Below, in pieces: positions 30,211-40,696 of a DNA stretch of 64,000 nt. A program made the position numbers and the translations under genes. The stretch's first letter is position 1; each line of letters begins with the position of its first letter. Source of the stretch: Candidatus Poribacteria bacterium (GTDB lineage: Bacteria; Poribacteria; WGA-4E; PCPOR2b); the NCBI GenBank assembly GCA_965215015.1, contig OZ244042.1, positions 544,001-608,000 of the forward strand. Direction: 5' to 3'. Below the pieces are notes generated by a model, which saw nothing but the letters and a program-made list of their open reading frames with translations, was not told where the DNA came from and searched no databases.

Positions 30211-30966
30211 ATGTTACCCCGCAAGTTTCACCTCAGTTTCCTTATTCTTTCCATTTTTCTGTTTGCTGGCTTCGCCAATCCAAGTCATGGGGAAGTGGAA
30301 AGCATTCAAATCCACCTTTTTGGGTTCGTCAATAATGATGACGCTCGACAGATTCGACGTTTATTGAAACCTTGGGCGGATCCGGAAAATGTGAGTTTCT
30401 ACGCACCGGTTGATAAAAAGGGACGCAAACGCCATTTTACAACCATCGTTGAAGTCACTCCGCGACGGAGTAAGAGCCCTTACAGCGAGGGCCATACTTT
30501 TGATATTTATAATATTACCCGTCAACTGAAAGATCAACGCTTTCGGGGCAGCCAAGCTGGAAGTCGGGCTTGGGTCGCTAAATCCGAAGCGACACTCACA
30601 GGCAACCTCTACGCGCATCCGGGGTTCTCACGGAGTTACATACGTAATGTTCCTTTTTGGCGACATTGGCGTGCCGATACATCAGAAATCAATCATGCGA
30701 TGGTTGTTAGTCCGGACCAGAAGGTCGTCTTTAGCGACGGTGATAAATTTGATGAGTTAATACAAGAGGCAAACCAAGGCACTCAAGGGGTCGAAGTCAA
30801 AGGACAGATTGCAGGTTTTGATGGACCGTATCCTGTTATATCCGTCCGAGATTTTCGGGTTGAGTACATGATTGAACCAAATATGAAGGAGAAAGACGAT
30901 GAGGCAGAGGAGACCCCAAAGGGAGAGCCCGAATATCTAAAAAAGAATGAAGCTACTGCCAAATAG
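30211..30966 (+). CDS. Hypothetical secreted protein
   Basis: AAGGAG RBS, signal peptide, 251-aa ORF. No family recognised. Confidence 0.7.
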   Translation: MLPRKFHLSFLILSIFLFAGFANPSHGEVESIQIHLFGFVNNDDARQIRRLLKPWADPENVSFYAPVDKKGRKRHFTTIVEVTPRRSKSPYSEGHTFDIYNITRQLKDQRFRGSQAGSRAWVAKSEATLTGNLYAHPGFSRSYIRNVPFWRHWRADTSEINHAMVVSPDQKVVFSDGDKFDELIQEANQGTQGVEVKGQIAGFDGPYPVISVRDFRVEYMIEPNMKEKDDEAEETPKGEPEYLKKNEATAK

Positions 30967-31061
30967 ACATGCCGACTACATAGGGACGAGTTACAATATA
31001 TGAGGGGTTGGGAATTATACGACGAATACAGATTCGCGTTTCCCAACCCCTCAGTTTATTA

Positions 31062-31101
31062 ATTGACCTTATACGTGCAATATTGACCTGATGCGTGCAA
31101 T
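31062..31101. repeat. Tandem 20-bp quasi-palindromic boxes (possible operator)
   Basis: ATTGACCTTATACGTGCAAT / ATTGACCTGATGCGTGCAAT (18/20 identical), each of the form ATTG-N12-CAAT. Confidence 0.7.
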
Positions 31102-31405
31102 TTAACGTTGGAAAGATTGGGTTATTCACTAATTTATTAACGCAATAAGTAGAGAGGGGCGCAAGGCCCGACTCAATTGCCTTCCAAAGGGAATGCTTAC
31201 CGCATCATAGGTTCACAGTTTCATCGGGAGAAAGGAAACCGGAGCTTTTCCTGACGAAGAGGAAAACGGGAAGCCGCTTCTCTCGCTTTCTCATTTTCTT
31301 TTTTTGCGTTCCCTTCCCCCTGCTTGCGGGGGGACTGAGGGGGGTGCGTCCCTGCGTTTTATTAAAAGCTAGTAACGATTTATTCCCTTTATTGAGGAGA
31401 ATGAT

Positions 31406-32449
31406 ATGCACATTTCTGAATTGGATACACCTGCTCTCACCGTAGACCTTGATGCCCTTGAACGCAACATCCATAATATGGCAGCTCTCTGCCGAGAGAT
31501 TGACATTGATTTGCGTGTTCACACAAAAACCCACAAAGTTCCAGAGATTGCCAAAATGCAGGTTGCTGCTGGCTCAAAAGGGATTACCTCCCAAAAACTC
31601 GGTGAAGCAGAGGCTATGGTTGATGGCGGACTTGATGACATCCTGATTCCCTACAATATCGTTGGAAAGCCGAAACTGCAACGGCTGACACAGTTAGTCA
31701 AACGGGCAAAGATTACCCTTGCCCTCGATTCGGAGATAACCGCCGAAGGAATCTCTAGACAAGCTGTGGCAGATGATTGTACCGTGTGCGTAGTCATTGA
31801 GCAGGATACAGGGGGCCGCCGGGTCGGCGTGCAATCTCCCCAAGCCACACTTGAACTCGCTCAAAAAGTGACGAAAATGCCCGGACTTGATTTTCAGGGC
31901 ATTATGACCTATGGGAGCAATATTCGCGCAAAACCCTTCATTGATGAAACGGTTAATTTCCTAAATGGTGCAGGTATTCCTATCAATATCATCAGTGGAG
32001 GCGGGACAGGTGCCGAACAGGCATCAAAAGATATTGGTTGCACAGAAACACGCAGTGGCTCGTATGTCTACGAAGGTATGACACGCATTTCTGGCTCGGA
32101 AGCACTCAATCCGGACCGATGCGCCTTGCGGATGCTCGTGACAGTTGTGAGCACTCCAACCGTAGATAAAATTATCATCGACGGCGGAGCCAAGACGTTC
32201 ACTAGCTATCCTCCCACGCCTTATGGGCACATTATCGGACACCCTGATGTGAAGATATATGGAATGTCCGTCGAACACGGACATCTTGATGTGGGTAAAT
32301 CGCAGCATAAATTCCGCGTCGGTGACCAATTAGCTGTCATTCCCCTACACCAAGGCATGACAAGCAATCTGCACGATGAGTTGGTCGCAGTGAGAAATGA
32401 GCAGGTAGAGACCGTTTGGAAAATTGCCGGGCGCGGTAAGGTCAAATAG
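31406..32449 (+). CDS. PLP-dependent D-threonine aldolase / D-serine dehydratase (DSD1, alanine racemase fold)
   Basis: LDTPAL.VDLD...RNI, LRVHTKTHK (PLP Lys), SGGGT, DGGAK, SVEHG. Confidence 0.9.
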   Translation: MHISELDTPALTVDLDALERNIHNMAALCREIDIDLRVHTKTHKVPEIAKMQVAAGSKGITSQKLGEAEAMVDGGLDDILIPYNIVGKPKLQRLTQLVKRAKITLALDSEITAEGISRQAVADDCTVCVVIEQDTGGRRVGVQSPQATLELAQKVTKMPGLDFQGIMTYGSNIRAKPFIDETVNFLNGAGIPINIISGGGTGAEQASKDIGCTETRSGSYVYEGMTRISGSEALNPDRCALRMLVTVVSTPTVDKIIIDGGAKTFTSYPPTPYGHIIGHPDVKIYGMSVEHGHLDVGKSQHKFRVGDQLAVIPLHQGMTSNLHDELVAVRNEQVETVWKIAGRGKVK

Positions 32450-32471
32450 CTATAGCCAGCCAAACCGAGGT

Positions 32472-33221
32472 TCAGAGACCGTAAATCGCCTTCAGATTTC
32501 CCCCAAGAATGCTCGCTGCTTCCCCGTCGGTAAATCCGATATTTCGGATACCGTTGACGCCATTCACGGCATCTCCACTGGGTGAGTTAGATCCGAAAAC
32601 GATTCGATCCGCGCCAATCCGTCCGCCGCGTGCAATACCCTTGATAGTGATCGGCTCTGCAGCCGCAATGAGAGTTGTGCCGAGATAAATATTGGAATTT
32701 TCAACCGCGGCTTGAACAGCCAGGGGCGTCCACTCACGATATCCCATGTGATCCATAATGATCGTCACATCCGGGTGACGTTCCGCAAGTGTTCCAATGA
32801 ACTCCGGTGAGCATCCGCTCATCGGCGAGCCGGAGTGGATAGTGGCAGGAATGCCAAGTGCCTTCGTAAGGTCCATGACCGGATCAAGGCAGGGGGCGTC
32901 AAGGCGATAGCGATGTGCCGCCGCCATTAACTTAACTGTCCGGGCACCGGCATCAACGCACCGCTTTAAGTCATCACAGGCATCGGAGCCCATTGTGGGA
33001 TTAATCAGGCACCCCGGCACGATGCGCGGTTCGCCCTTTGTCTCTTCGAGCAAATGGGCGTTGATTTCCGCTGGATCGGGTGGCAATCCACCGGGAAATA
33101 CAACACAAACGTCAATTCCCGCTTTATCGGCAACGGCTATCAGACCCGCCTTACCGTAAGGCTCGTCGTTAAATTCAGCTGGCATGTAGGCCTCAAAATC
33201 CGCAACAAATTGTATAGACAT
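32472..33221 (-). CDS. Amidohydrolase_2 family protein
   Basis: IPATIHSG, IIMDHMG, RIVFGSN, ILGGN. The N-terminal HxH motif is degenerate (DFEAY). Confidence 0.8.
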   Translation of the reverse strand: MSIQFVADFEAYMPAEFNDEPYGKAGLIAVADKAGIDVCVVFPGGLPPDPAEINAHLLEETKGEPRIVPGCLINPTMGSDACDDLKRCVDAGARTVKLMAAAHRYRLDAPCLDPVMDLTKALGIPATIHSGSPMSGCSPEFIGTLAERHPDVTIIMDHMGYREWTPLAVQAAVENSNIYLGTTLIAAAEPITIKGIARGGRIGADRIVFGSNSPSGDAVNGVNGIRNIGFTDGEAASILGGNLKAIYGL

Positions 33222-33401
33222 AAAGTTCTCCTTAACGTCTATCCGGAATCCTTCCCCAACCAACCAAGAGAGGGAGTAGGCTTCCCATTCTTCGTTCTGT
33301 TAAGGAATGGAAGGTTCGGTTTTCGGATCGATATTTAACTTGAAAAGTGAATAAAAGGAAACGATTGATAGAATAGAACGGCACTTTCTATATCCAAAGT
33401 A

Positions 33402-33824
33402 TTATCTCTGTACAAGCTCAATGAGGATGCCGTCCGGATCTCTTGCACAAACGACCCCCCCGGCATCCGGTGCTCCAATCGGATCTGACAAAAATTCCAC
33501 CCCCTTCTGCTTCAATTCTTCAACGGTCCCCCATACATCCTCGACAAAAAAGGTGAGCCAGCGCACGCCAGCCGAGAAGAAATCGTAAGAGGGGGTTGGC
33601 GGAGGCGATTCGATGTCCATCAGCTTAATGAGTGTTTGTCCAGCTTGCAGGCGAACTTGGCGAAATCCTCGCGGTGCCAATCCTGCACCTTTCGCTACGT
33701 CTTCAGGGATTTGAATGTCCAGAACAATCTCCAAGCCTAAGCATTCGTGGTAGAAGCGCAGCGACTCCTTAAAGTTACTGCACGTAATAGCGATGTCAAC
33801 AATGGGATGCGTTAATTGTAACAT
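33402..33824 (-). CDS. VOC (glyoxalase/bleomycin resistance) family protein
   Basis: SLRFY..CLGL, LTFFVED, RDPDGILIELV. Confidence 0.9.
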   Translation of the reverse strand: MLQLTHPIVDIAITCSNFKESLRFYHECLGLEIVLDIQIPEDVAKGAGLAPRGFRQVRLQAGQTLIKLMDIESPPPTPSYDFFSAGVRWLTFFVEDVWGTVEELKQKGVEFLSDPIGAPDAGGVVCARDPDGILIELVQR

Positions 33825-34226
33825 AGTAACCAGTCTCTCCTCTCAATGTCAAACTTTACCAGAAAATAGATTTGGTAGGATTTCATAGGCACTGTGAAAC
33901 TTTCACCCTCCCTCAAAAACTTAGGAATTTCACTTTTAATAATTGTCGCTTACTAATTTTGTCGACATGTTCTTTCCCTCTGAACAGTAGGGAGATTATA
34001 TCACGGTAGATTGATATCGTCGAGAGAAACGTAAGCGATTGATGAGCACCGAAATGAAAAAGCCTCTCGCAGGAACACTTTATGTGCAGTTATCTGATAA
34101 GTTTTAGCAAGTTCGATAAACATGCTCAGTCAACATTACCGCTTGACGATGTTTCCCACACGGTGTTATCATCTCCAACGCCAAATGGAAACGCCGAAAC
34201 AGAAACTCAACGGAGGCTTTTTACCT

Positions 34227-34625
34227 ATGCATCATCACTCGTATAGTAGATTACAGGACAACATTCGCCAAATGGAAACGCCGAACATTGAAACTTGGAA
34301 AAATGAGTATAGCGACAAAGATTACACCATTGAAGTCACGAATCCAGAATTTACGGCGGTTTGTCCTAAGACCGGGTTGCCAGACTTTGGAACAATTCAG
34401 ATTACCTATATTCCTGACAAACAATGTATTGAACTTAAATCGCTAAAAGAGTATTTTCTATTTTACCGGGATGTTGGAATATTTCACGAACACGTTGTCA
34501 ATAAAATTCTGACGGATTTTGTTGCGGCGTGCAATCCACGGAAGGTCGAAATTATTGGGGATTTCCACATCCGTGGAGGCATTAAAACCGTCGTCCGTGC
34601 TAATTATGAACGAGAGGAGGTATGA
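34227..34625 (+). CDS. queF: NADPH-dependent preQ0 reductase (QueF type I)
   Basis: PEFTAVCPKTGLPDF (catalytic Cys), QueF motif ELKSLKEY, GIFHE, RGGI. GGAGG RBS. Confidence 0.95.
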   Translation: MHHHSYSRLQDNIRQMETPNIETWKNEYSDKDYTIEVTNPEFTAVCPKTGLPDFGTIQITYIPDKQCIELKSLKEYFLFYRDVGIFHEHVVNKILTDFVAACNPRKVEIIGDFHIRGGIKTVVRANYEREEV

Positions 34626-34742
34626 TCAAAAAAAATCCAGTTGTAGCAGCTGTTCAACAAAGTTGTTTACCTGGACCCAACTCGCCATAACCCTACCAAC
34701 TGCTATAAAACCGCTCTTCCCTCCGTTACATCCATCGTGAAC

Positions 34743-35378
34743 CTATTTTAAAAAACTATGTAATCCGTGCCGGAAGACAACAATGTTGCCTCCATGAGCT
34801 AAGAGAAGCTTCAGATCATACTGGCTAAACCACCTGATAATCCCCGTGATAATCTCCCCGCCTCTAAGGGTTAAGCACACCGGAATTTTCTCCTTGCGAC
34901 AACGTGCAAGCACACGGTCATCAACTTGGAATCGCTCGGATTTGTGAACAATCGAGACCAAATTTTGGGCTTTCAAATCTGCATCCACCTCAATGTCTTG
35001 AACAATTTGAGACATTTCATCCTGCTTATACATATACTTGATGTTGAGTTTTTCAAGATGGTGTATCTCTCCATTGGCTAGTACGACAGCAAGGGTGTAA
35101 GTCAATCGGCGACTGATGATACCTTCAATGTGTTCCCCGTAAAGTTCAAAGACCATCGGTGTTTTCTTCCGAATCTGCTTTTGAACGTAGGAACGTCCGT
35201 AGCTTTCAGCGCGAATCTGGGTTAGCAGCTCCGGAGATAGATGATGGGTTTGCCTGCTATGATGTGAGGACTTACGACGCTTATCATGATTTTTAGACTG
35301 CCGGGATTTCTGCGAGGCATTCTTTCGTCGCGGAAAAATGAAATCACTTCGCCGAGCTGAGCTTTTTGACCGTGCCAT
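34743..35378 (-). CDS. Tandem Hfq/Sm-like RNA-binding protein with basic disordered N-tail
   Basis: C-domain DRVLARCRKEKIPVCLTLRGGEIITGIIRWFSQYDLKL...VVFRHGL aligns with Hfq (FLN.LR.E..PV.I.L.NG..L.G.I..FDQ....VYKHAI). A second degenerate Sm-like unit lies upstream. Confidence 0.7.
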   Translation of the reverse strand: MARSKSSARRSDFIFPRRKNASQKSRQSKNHDKRRKSSHHSRQTHHLSPELLTQIRAESYGRSYVQKQIRKKTPMVFELYGEHIEGIISRRLTYTLAVVLANGEIHHLEKLNIKYMYKQDEMSQIVQDIEVDADLKAQNLVSIVHKSERFQVDDRVLARCRKEKIPVCLTLRGGEIITGIIRWFSQYDLKLLLAHGGNIVVFRHGLHSFLK

Positions 35379-35455
35379 CAATAAATTGATTCTCCTTTTA
35401 GAACATCCCATTTTAATCCAAATTGTGACTTGCCCGATAAATGACAGCTTTAGTC

Positions 35456-35484
35456 ATTATAACACTTCCTGGAGTTCAATCCAA
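35456..35484 (-). promoter_or_regulatory. Sigma70 promoter of the Hfq-like gene
   Basis: TTGGAT-17 nt-TATAAT with extended TG. Confidence 0.6.
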
Positions 35485-35914
35485 CTTTAAAAAAAGGGAA
35501 CAATGTATTTACGGGCTTAAATCTGATTGACGGGCATCACGCTACGCGATGAGATATAGAGAGGGAGTCGCGGACTTTGAAGCTGAGGTCAAACTTGAGG
35601 ACGCTGCTACGGTACACCCGGGTGTGAATTACCGGGACACGATGTTTCCACTTTAACCAAGTGGCCCGACGAAGCACATTTTATTAGATGGGAAGTATCC
35701 ACGGCAAATAACGGGAATAGAATAATAGCCGAGTCCCTAGCAGCAGCTCAACGGCGATCAAAAGTTAGTGGCGGAAGCTCATATTGGCAGTGGAAAGCCC
35801 ACACCTACATAAATTCAAAAAAGTAGGCAATCTAGTAATGTAATTGTGCAAAGGACTGTAATTGGGAAACGAGAGAGGTTTCTTGCTCAATAGCGCATTT
35901 GTCAAGAGATGTTC

Positions 35915-35958
35915 AAAAAATAAAAAAGGCGTCTGGGAAAAATATCCCAAACGCCTTT
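35915..35958 (-). terminator. Intrinsic terminator of the giant TPR gene
   Basis: AAAGGCGTTTGGGA-tattt-TCCCAGACGCCTTT followed by a T tract. Confidence 0.85.
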
Positions 35959-35998
35959 GTTGAAATGGAGTTAATGAACCAAAAACATGTGTGGTGTA

Positions 35999-38900
35999 CT
36001 ATTCGCCACCCCCGCCGCCACTAGTGCGACGTGGAATGTTTTGTGATTTCATATACTCCGTGATTGTAGTAATTTGAGTCTGCGCGTATCTCAACGCTCT
36101 GTTAACCTGCGTGTCACTAGGCGGAACGGTCGGGTATTTCCTCCACAACGCATCAAAGAAATCAAGCGCGTCGTTATAATACTCATCATTTTGACCCGCT
36201 AGCAGCATATACGCTTCACCAATCTGCACCAAAGAAAGGTCGGCGTATTTGGTAGTCGGATATGTTTTGATGATGTCTTTGAACCCAACGATTGCCTGCT
36301 CAACGCCTTCTTTTTGTTGATCTTCAGGTGCCACTCTTGCCCGATCGAAATCGGCGGTCGCCTGAATATACACATCTGCCGAGAGGGCTCTTTTGGTATC
36401 ACGCAGGAATAGTTCGGCCTCCTCCTTCGATTTTGCATTGATACCGGGAACTGTCAACGCCTTCTCATACTGCTCAATAGCCATCGTATAGAAGCGGATA
36501 CGGTCTCCTTCTGTCACACCCGGGACCACCCCTTGGTTATAGTAGGTGTTACCGATGTTGAGAAATGCTTCTGCTGCAAATGGACTGGTTGGATAGTTCT
36601 TCGCAAGCACCTCATTTACTTCAAAGACCTTGTCCAGCCATTTTTCTTTTTCCGCTTCATCTTCGGTATTTTTCTCTAGCAACGCATAGCAAGTCGAAAT
36701 CGCAGCAAGAGATTCAGCGGCTTGTGCATGCTGTGGATTGATGCGGCGAACCTTCCTATACTCTTCAATAGCTTTCAGGTACTGTTGACCTGCATAGTAA
36801 GCCTCGCCCGCCTGATACTGCCAGAACGGTGCTTCTTTCGCGTTAGGGAATCGTCGAACGAGATCCTTGAACGCACCCGCCGACTGCTCAAAGAAGCTAA
36901 TGGTTTTTTCAGAAAACCCCTCGTCAAAACCGAGCTGCATCCGCCCCAATTCATAATAGGTGGGTGCGAGGTAGCCCAATACGGTCTGGACACTTTTCGA
37001 TATATCTACCTGTGACGAAACCGCAAAAAGCCCCTTGTCCGCGTATTCGACGAACTGCTTCAACACCGGAATCGCACTATTGAGGTCGTCAGGGAGTTTA
37101 ATCCCTGTACCGAGTGAATAGTAAATCTGCCCAGCTGAAAAGAGTGCATTCTGAACAAATGGACTTATAGTATCATTAACCTTATCGGCTGGTGCCACAT
37201 TAGCCGCTTCAATATAGGCAACTGCGGCTTGGCGACTCGCATCAATATATGGCTGTAAGTCGGTACCCGGTTTATCCGAGAAGAGCTTCCGTGCTTCGCC
37301 GAAGTACAACAGACCGAGATTATATTGTGCGGAGACTTTCTGTGGAATCGTTTGCGCTGCTTCGAGAGCGGCGATTGCTTGAGCAATAGCATCATCCACA
37401 CGCCCCAATTTTAAGTAGAGGTCAGACCGACGAATGCCACTGTCAGCCACCATGGATTGGATACTGGTGTTAGATTCAGCACCGAACTGATTAATCAAGG
37501 TTTCGTATGCTTTCAGCGCATTCTCCGGGTCGTTCAATCTTTCTTGGTAAATCAGACCCATCCGATAATACGCTTGCGCCTTGATGAGCGAATCCTTAGA
37601 AAGCTGAATCGCATTTTGATAATTGAGGAGCGAATCATCATGCTGATTGAGATGTTCGTCCTGAGCATATGCGATGGAGAAGTAGGAGCGTCCCTTCTGA
37701 TCATCATCATCCGTATGCTGAATCACATACTGATATTCTCGCACGGCCGCCGCATGGTCGCCGACAGCGGTATTCAAATCTGCGAGACGGGTATGCGCTT
37801 GACGAATTAGATCCTGTCGGGGCTCGTCCTCCGTTTGCCCCTCATACGAGGTTGTCTGACGAAACGCCGTAATCGCTCCCTTGCTATCATTCAATGCGTG
37901 CTTTGCCAGTCCTATTGTGTAATAAGCACTGATTGCCGCATCGACATCGGGATTTCTGTCGGTAACTTGTGTCGCGGTATTTACAGCATTCTGGAATGCG
38001 AGCTGTTGGGCACCTGCATCTGTGCTGTTTTGACCAATCTGATAGTAGCAAACGGATGCCTGATATAATGCATTCGTCACGAGCTCGCTATTAGAGAACA
38101 TCTGAACAAATGCTTGGTATTCAGCGAGTGCTTTTTCATGCTCACCGTCACCATAATACAGGTGCCCGATTTTCAACTGCGCTCGTGAACGAGAATCTTC
38201 TGGGGCACCAGTATTCTGGGCAATTCGCTTCAGACTTGCAATGAGCTCAGCCTTTTCTTCCTCAGATTCGAGTCCCTGTTTTTCAATGGCGGTTGCTTTG
38301 ACCAAGTCTATGTGCCCCAACGTCTTTTGGACTATGGTGTTGTCGCTACCGCCATGTTTTTCGTAAGCAGTATCGGCAACTTCTAACACCTTTGGCCACA
38401 CACTTGCATTCCCAGCCAATGCCATATCACGATAGGCGAGTGCTAAACCGTAATATGACTCAACCGCATTCGGGCTGTCCGGATAATCCCCAATTGATTT
38501 CTGGAACGCGGCAACAGATTGGTCCAAAAGGGCTGCATCATCGGAAGCCGCTTTTGCCGCTTTATAGTAACACAGTCCGACAAGATATTGTGCATCGTCG
38601 GCGTATTCGCCAGCTGGGTTGCCTGCAACAACGTTTTCATACTCAACCGCTGCTTCAGCATATCGTTCCTCAGAGCGGAGCAGGTCTGCCAGCTTGATTT
38701 CCGCGAGCGAACGATTATCCGTATCTAAAGCATCCATTATCGCCTGATAATGCGCCACGGCTTCGCTGTTCTTGCCTTCCTTGACAAGACTCTGTGCAAT
38801 TAGCAACTGTGCACGTTGATAATTCTCGCTCTCTGGAAGAATTGCTTTGTAAAGGTCGCGAGCTTTACCCCAGGCATTCAGCTTTTCGTGGGAAAGGGCT

Positions 38901-40696
38901 TGATTCATGACACAGGCTTCGACCTGCATTGGACGCTGCGGGAAATCATCATAGCGTCCTTGTTCGATACCACCGAGGAAGGTACCATCTTCTCCACCTT
39001 GAATCTCTGGCCCCTTGAACTTATCTATCGCTTGCTGATAAGCGTTTACAGCCTTCTGGAGCAGTGCTTCGTTAAAGACTGCGTCTGGATCGCCTTCACG
39101 ATAATCTGCCGGTTTGGCGGCTTCGTAGTATGACCGTGCCTCCTGAAATTTTCCAATCAATTTAATGAGATGGAATTTGGGGAAATCACGATATTCCCAA
39201 AGTTTGGAATATTCCGCAGCTGCATCTTCATACTGCTTAAAGTCGTTAAATTTCAGATCCGCAAACTTCAACTGAACTTCAGCAGCAAGAAGGTCAAGCT
39301 CATTATCCATGCGGTTTTTATCGATAAATTCCCTTGCGACGGTTTCTAGTTCATCCTTTCGACCGAGCGCGTTCAACGCCCAAATCGCGCCATAGAGTGC
39401 GTGAGACGCAACTGGGTCCGCTGGGAAGTCATCAACAGCTTTCTGATACCACATAAGTGCTTCTTCAAAGGACGCGTTTGCCGCCTCTGTTTGACCGTCG
39501 TCTTTCAAGTCAGAAGCTAACTTATAGTTTGATTCCCCCATCTGGTAGGTGAGATAAGGGATAAAATCGGTTTCATCGGGATGCTCATCCAAAACACGCT
39601 GGTACGCGACAGCGGCTTCACTCCAGACCGACGACTTGAAATAGCTATCAGCAATACCCAACTTCGCTTCACTAATAAAATCGCATTCCGGATATTCTTC
39701 AAGTAGCGTGTTGTATGATTCGATCGCGTTGGGGTAATCTTGCTGCTCGTAGTAGGTACGCCCAATGGTTACCTGAATTTCTGCTTGCAGGTCCCGATCG
39801 TCCGTATTCTGTAGAGCGAGTTCATAGTTGACTCGTGCATTGTCATAGTCTTTCTGTTTTGAGTAAATCGCACCTATGTCAAAATAGGCAGCAGTTACAT
39901 AACCACTGGTCGGGTGTTCCGTGATAAACTGGGTATATCGCCCAATCGCCTCTTCATCACGGGCGAGTTGGTTCAAACAGAAAGCGGCTTTGTACATCGC
40001 CTCCGCCTGTAGGTCTGCGAAGGTCTTAAATTCTTCGGTAGCAAGCTTATCAAATTCTGGATATGCCTGCTCGTAATTCTTTTCGTTAAGGAAGGATTGC
40101 GCAATTAAGTGTTGTGCGTCATCTTTGAACTCTGAGTTCGGAAATCCGTCTAGTACTTCTTTGTACGCCCGACGTGCTGCATCATACTTTTGCAGTTTGT
40201 AATTGAGCTGCCCAATTGCATACCAGGCGTTTTCGACGAACAGGCTATTGGGGAAGTTTTCAATCAATGTATGAAACTTCGGTTCAGCGAGTTCATATTT
40301 TTCTTGTTTGTAGAGAACGTGTCCCCATAGGTAGGTTAATCCCTCCTGATGCTTCGGCACAGTGGCATTCGGCGCAACCTTTTCAATCTGCTCGATTGCA
40401 TTATCGTAGTAGGTTATATCGCCACTCTGCTCAGCCCATTTTGAGTAGTTGACAGCGATTTTGTAATTTGCAAGTGTATAGAAGTCTTTATCAATGACCT
40501 CAGTCTTGACCCCCCATTTGACAGATTCTTCAAGGGCTAGATTGTGTTTTGCAATTGACCCTTCATAATCGTTTTGACTATAGAGTTGTTCTGCTTCGTT
40601 ATAGAGTCGTTCGACCTTTTTGGAACTGCCTGCCGGCCAAAACAGAACGACAGCTAAAGCGATTCCGGCGAGGGCACCTAAAAGTTTCGGATTCAT
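35999..40696 (-). CDS. Giant membrane-anchored TPR protein (BamD/CpoB-type repeats), 1565 aa
   Basis: N-terminal TM anchor and many TPR pairs with ..F/YP.S..A..A.Y..G motifs. AAGGAG RBS. Confidence 0.9.
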   Translation of the reverse strand: MNPKLLGALAGIALAVVLFWPAGSSKKVERLYNEAEQLYSQNDYEGSIAKHNLALEESVKWGVKTEVIDKDFYTLANYKIAVNYSKWAEQSGDITYYDNAIEQIEKVAPNATVPKHQEGLTYLWGHVLYKQEKYELAEPKFHTLIENFPNSLFVENAWYAIGQLNYKLQKYDAARRAYKEVLDGFPNSEFKDDAQHLIAQSFLNEKNYEQAYPEFDKLATEEFKTFADLQAEAMYKAAFCLNQLARDEEAIGRYTQFITEHPTSGYVTAAYFDIGAIYSKQKDYDNARVNYELALQNTDDRDLQAEIQVTIGRTYYEQQDYPNAIESYNTLLEEYPECDFISEAKLGIADSYFKSSVWSEAAVAYQRVLDEHPDETDFIPYLTYQMGESNYKLASDLKDDGQTEAANASFEEALMWYQKAVDDFPADPVASHALYGAIWALNALGRKDELETVAREFIDKNRMDNELDLLAAEVQLKFADLKFNDFKQYEDAAAEYSKLWEYRDFPKFHLIKLIGKFQEARSYYEAAKPADYREGDPDAVFNEALLQKAVNAYQQAIDKFKGPEIQGGEDGTFLGGIEQGRYDDFPQRPMQVEACVMNQALSHEKLNAWGKARDLYKAILPESENYQRAQLLIAQSLVKEGKNSEAVAHYQAIMDALDTDNRSLAEIKLADLLRSEERYAEAAVEYENVVAGNPAGEYADDAQYLVGLCYYKAAKAASDDAALLDQSVAAFQKSIGDYPDSPNAVESYYGLALAYRDMALAGNASVWPKVLEVADTAYEKHGGSDNTIVQKTLGHIDLVKATAIEKQGLESEEEKAELIASLKRIAQNTGAPEDSRSRAQLKIGHLYYGDGEHEKALAEYQAFVQMFSNSELVTNALYQASVCYYQIGQNSTDAGAQQLAFQNAVNTATQVTDRNPDVDAAISAYYTIGLAKHALNDSKGAITAFRQTTSYEGQTEDEPRQDLIRQAHTRLADLNTAVGDHAAAVREYQYVIQHTDDDDQKGRSYFSIAYAQDEHLNQHDDSLLNYQNAIQLSKDSLIKAQAYYRMGLIYQERLNDPENALKAYETLINQFGAESNTSIQSMVADSGIRRSDLYLKLGRVDDAIAQAIAALEAAQTIPQKVSAQYNLGLLYFGEARKLFSDKPGTDLQPYIDASRQAAVAYIEAANVAPADKVNDTISPFVQNALFSAGQIYYSLGTGIKLPDDLNSAIPVLKQFVEYADKGLFAVSSQVDISKSVQTVLGYLAPTYYELGRMQLGFDEGFSEKTISFFEQSAGAFKDLVRRFPNAKEAPFWQYQAGEAYYAGQQYLKAIEEYRKVRRINPQHAQAAESLAAISTCYALLEKNTEDEAEKEKWLDKVFEVNEVLAKNYPTSPFAAEAFLNIGNTYYNQGVVPGVTEGDRIRFYTMAIEQYEKALTVPGINAKSKEEAELFLRDTKRALSADVYIQATADFDRARVAPEDQQKEGVEQAIVGFKDIIKTYPTTKYADLSLVQIGEAYMLLAGQNDEYYNDALDFFDALWRKYPTVPPSDTQVNRALRYAQTQITTITEYMKSQNIPRRTSGGGGGE

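Noticed and set aside
31245-31270. CTGACGA...GAAA resembling a hammerhead ribozyme core
   Set aside because: No stem II or cleavage-site arms. The segment is better explained as a simple TTTTCCT/AGGAAAA hairpin.
34150-34226. preQ1 riboswitch upstream of queF
   Set aside because: No GGTTC..A.CCC stem with an A-rich AAAAAACTA tail.
35500-35830. Possible pseudogene or sRNA between the Hfq-like gene and the TPR terminator
   Set aside because: Only stop-riddled fragments and no recognisable family or convincing structure.
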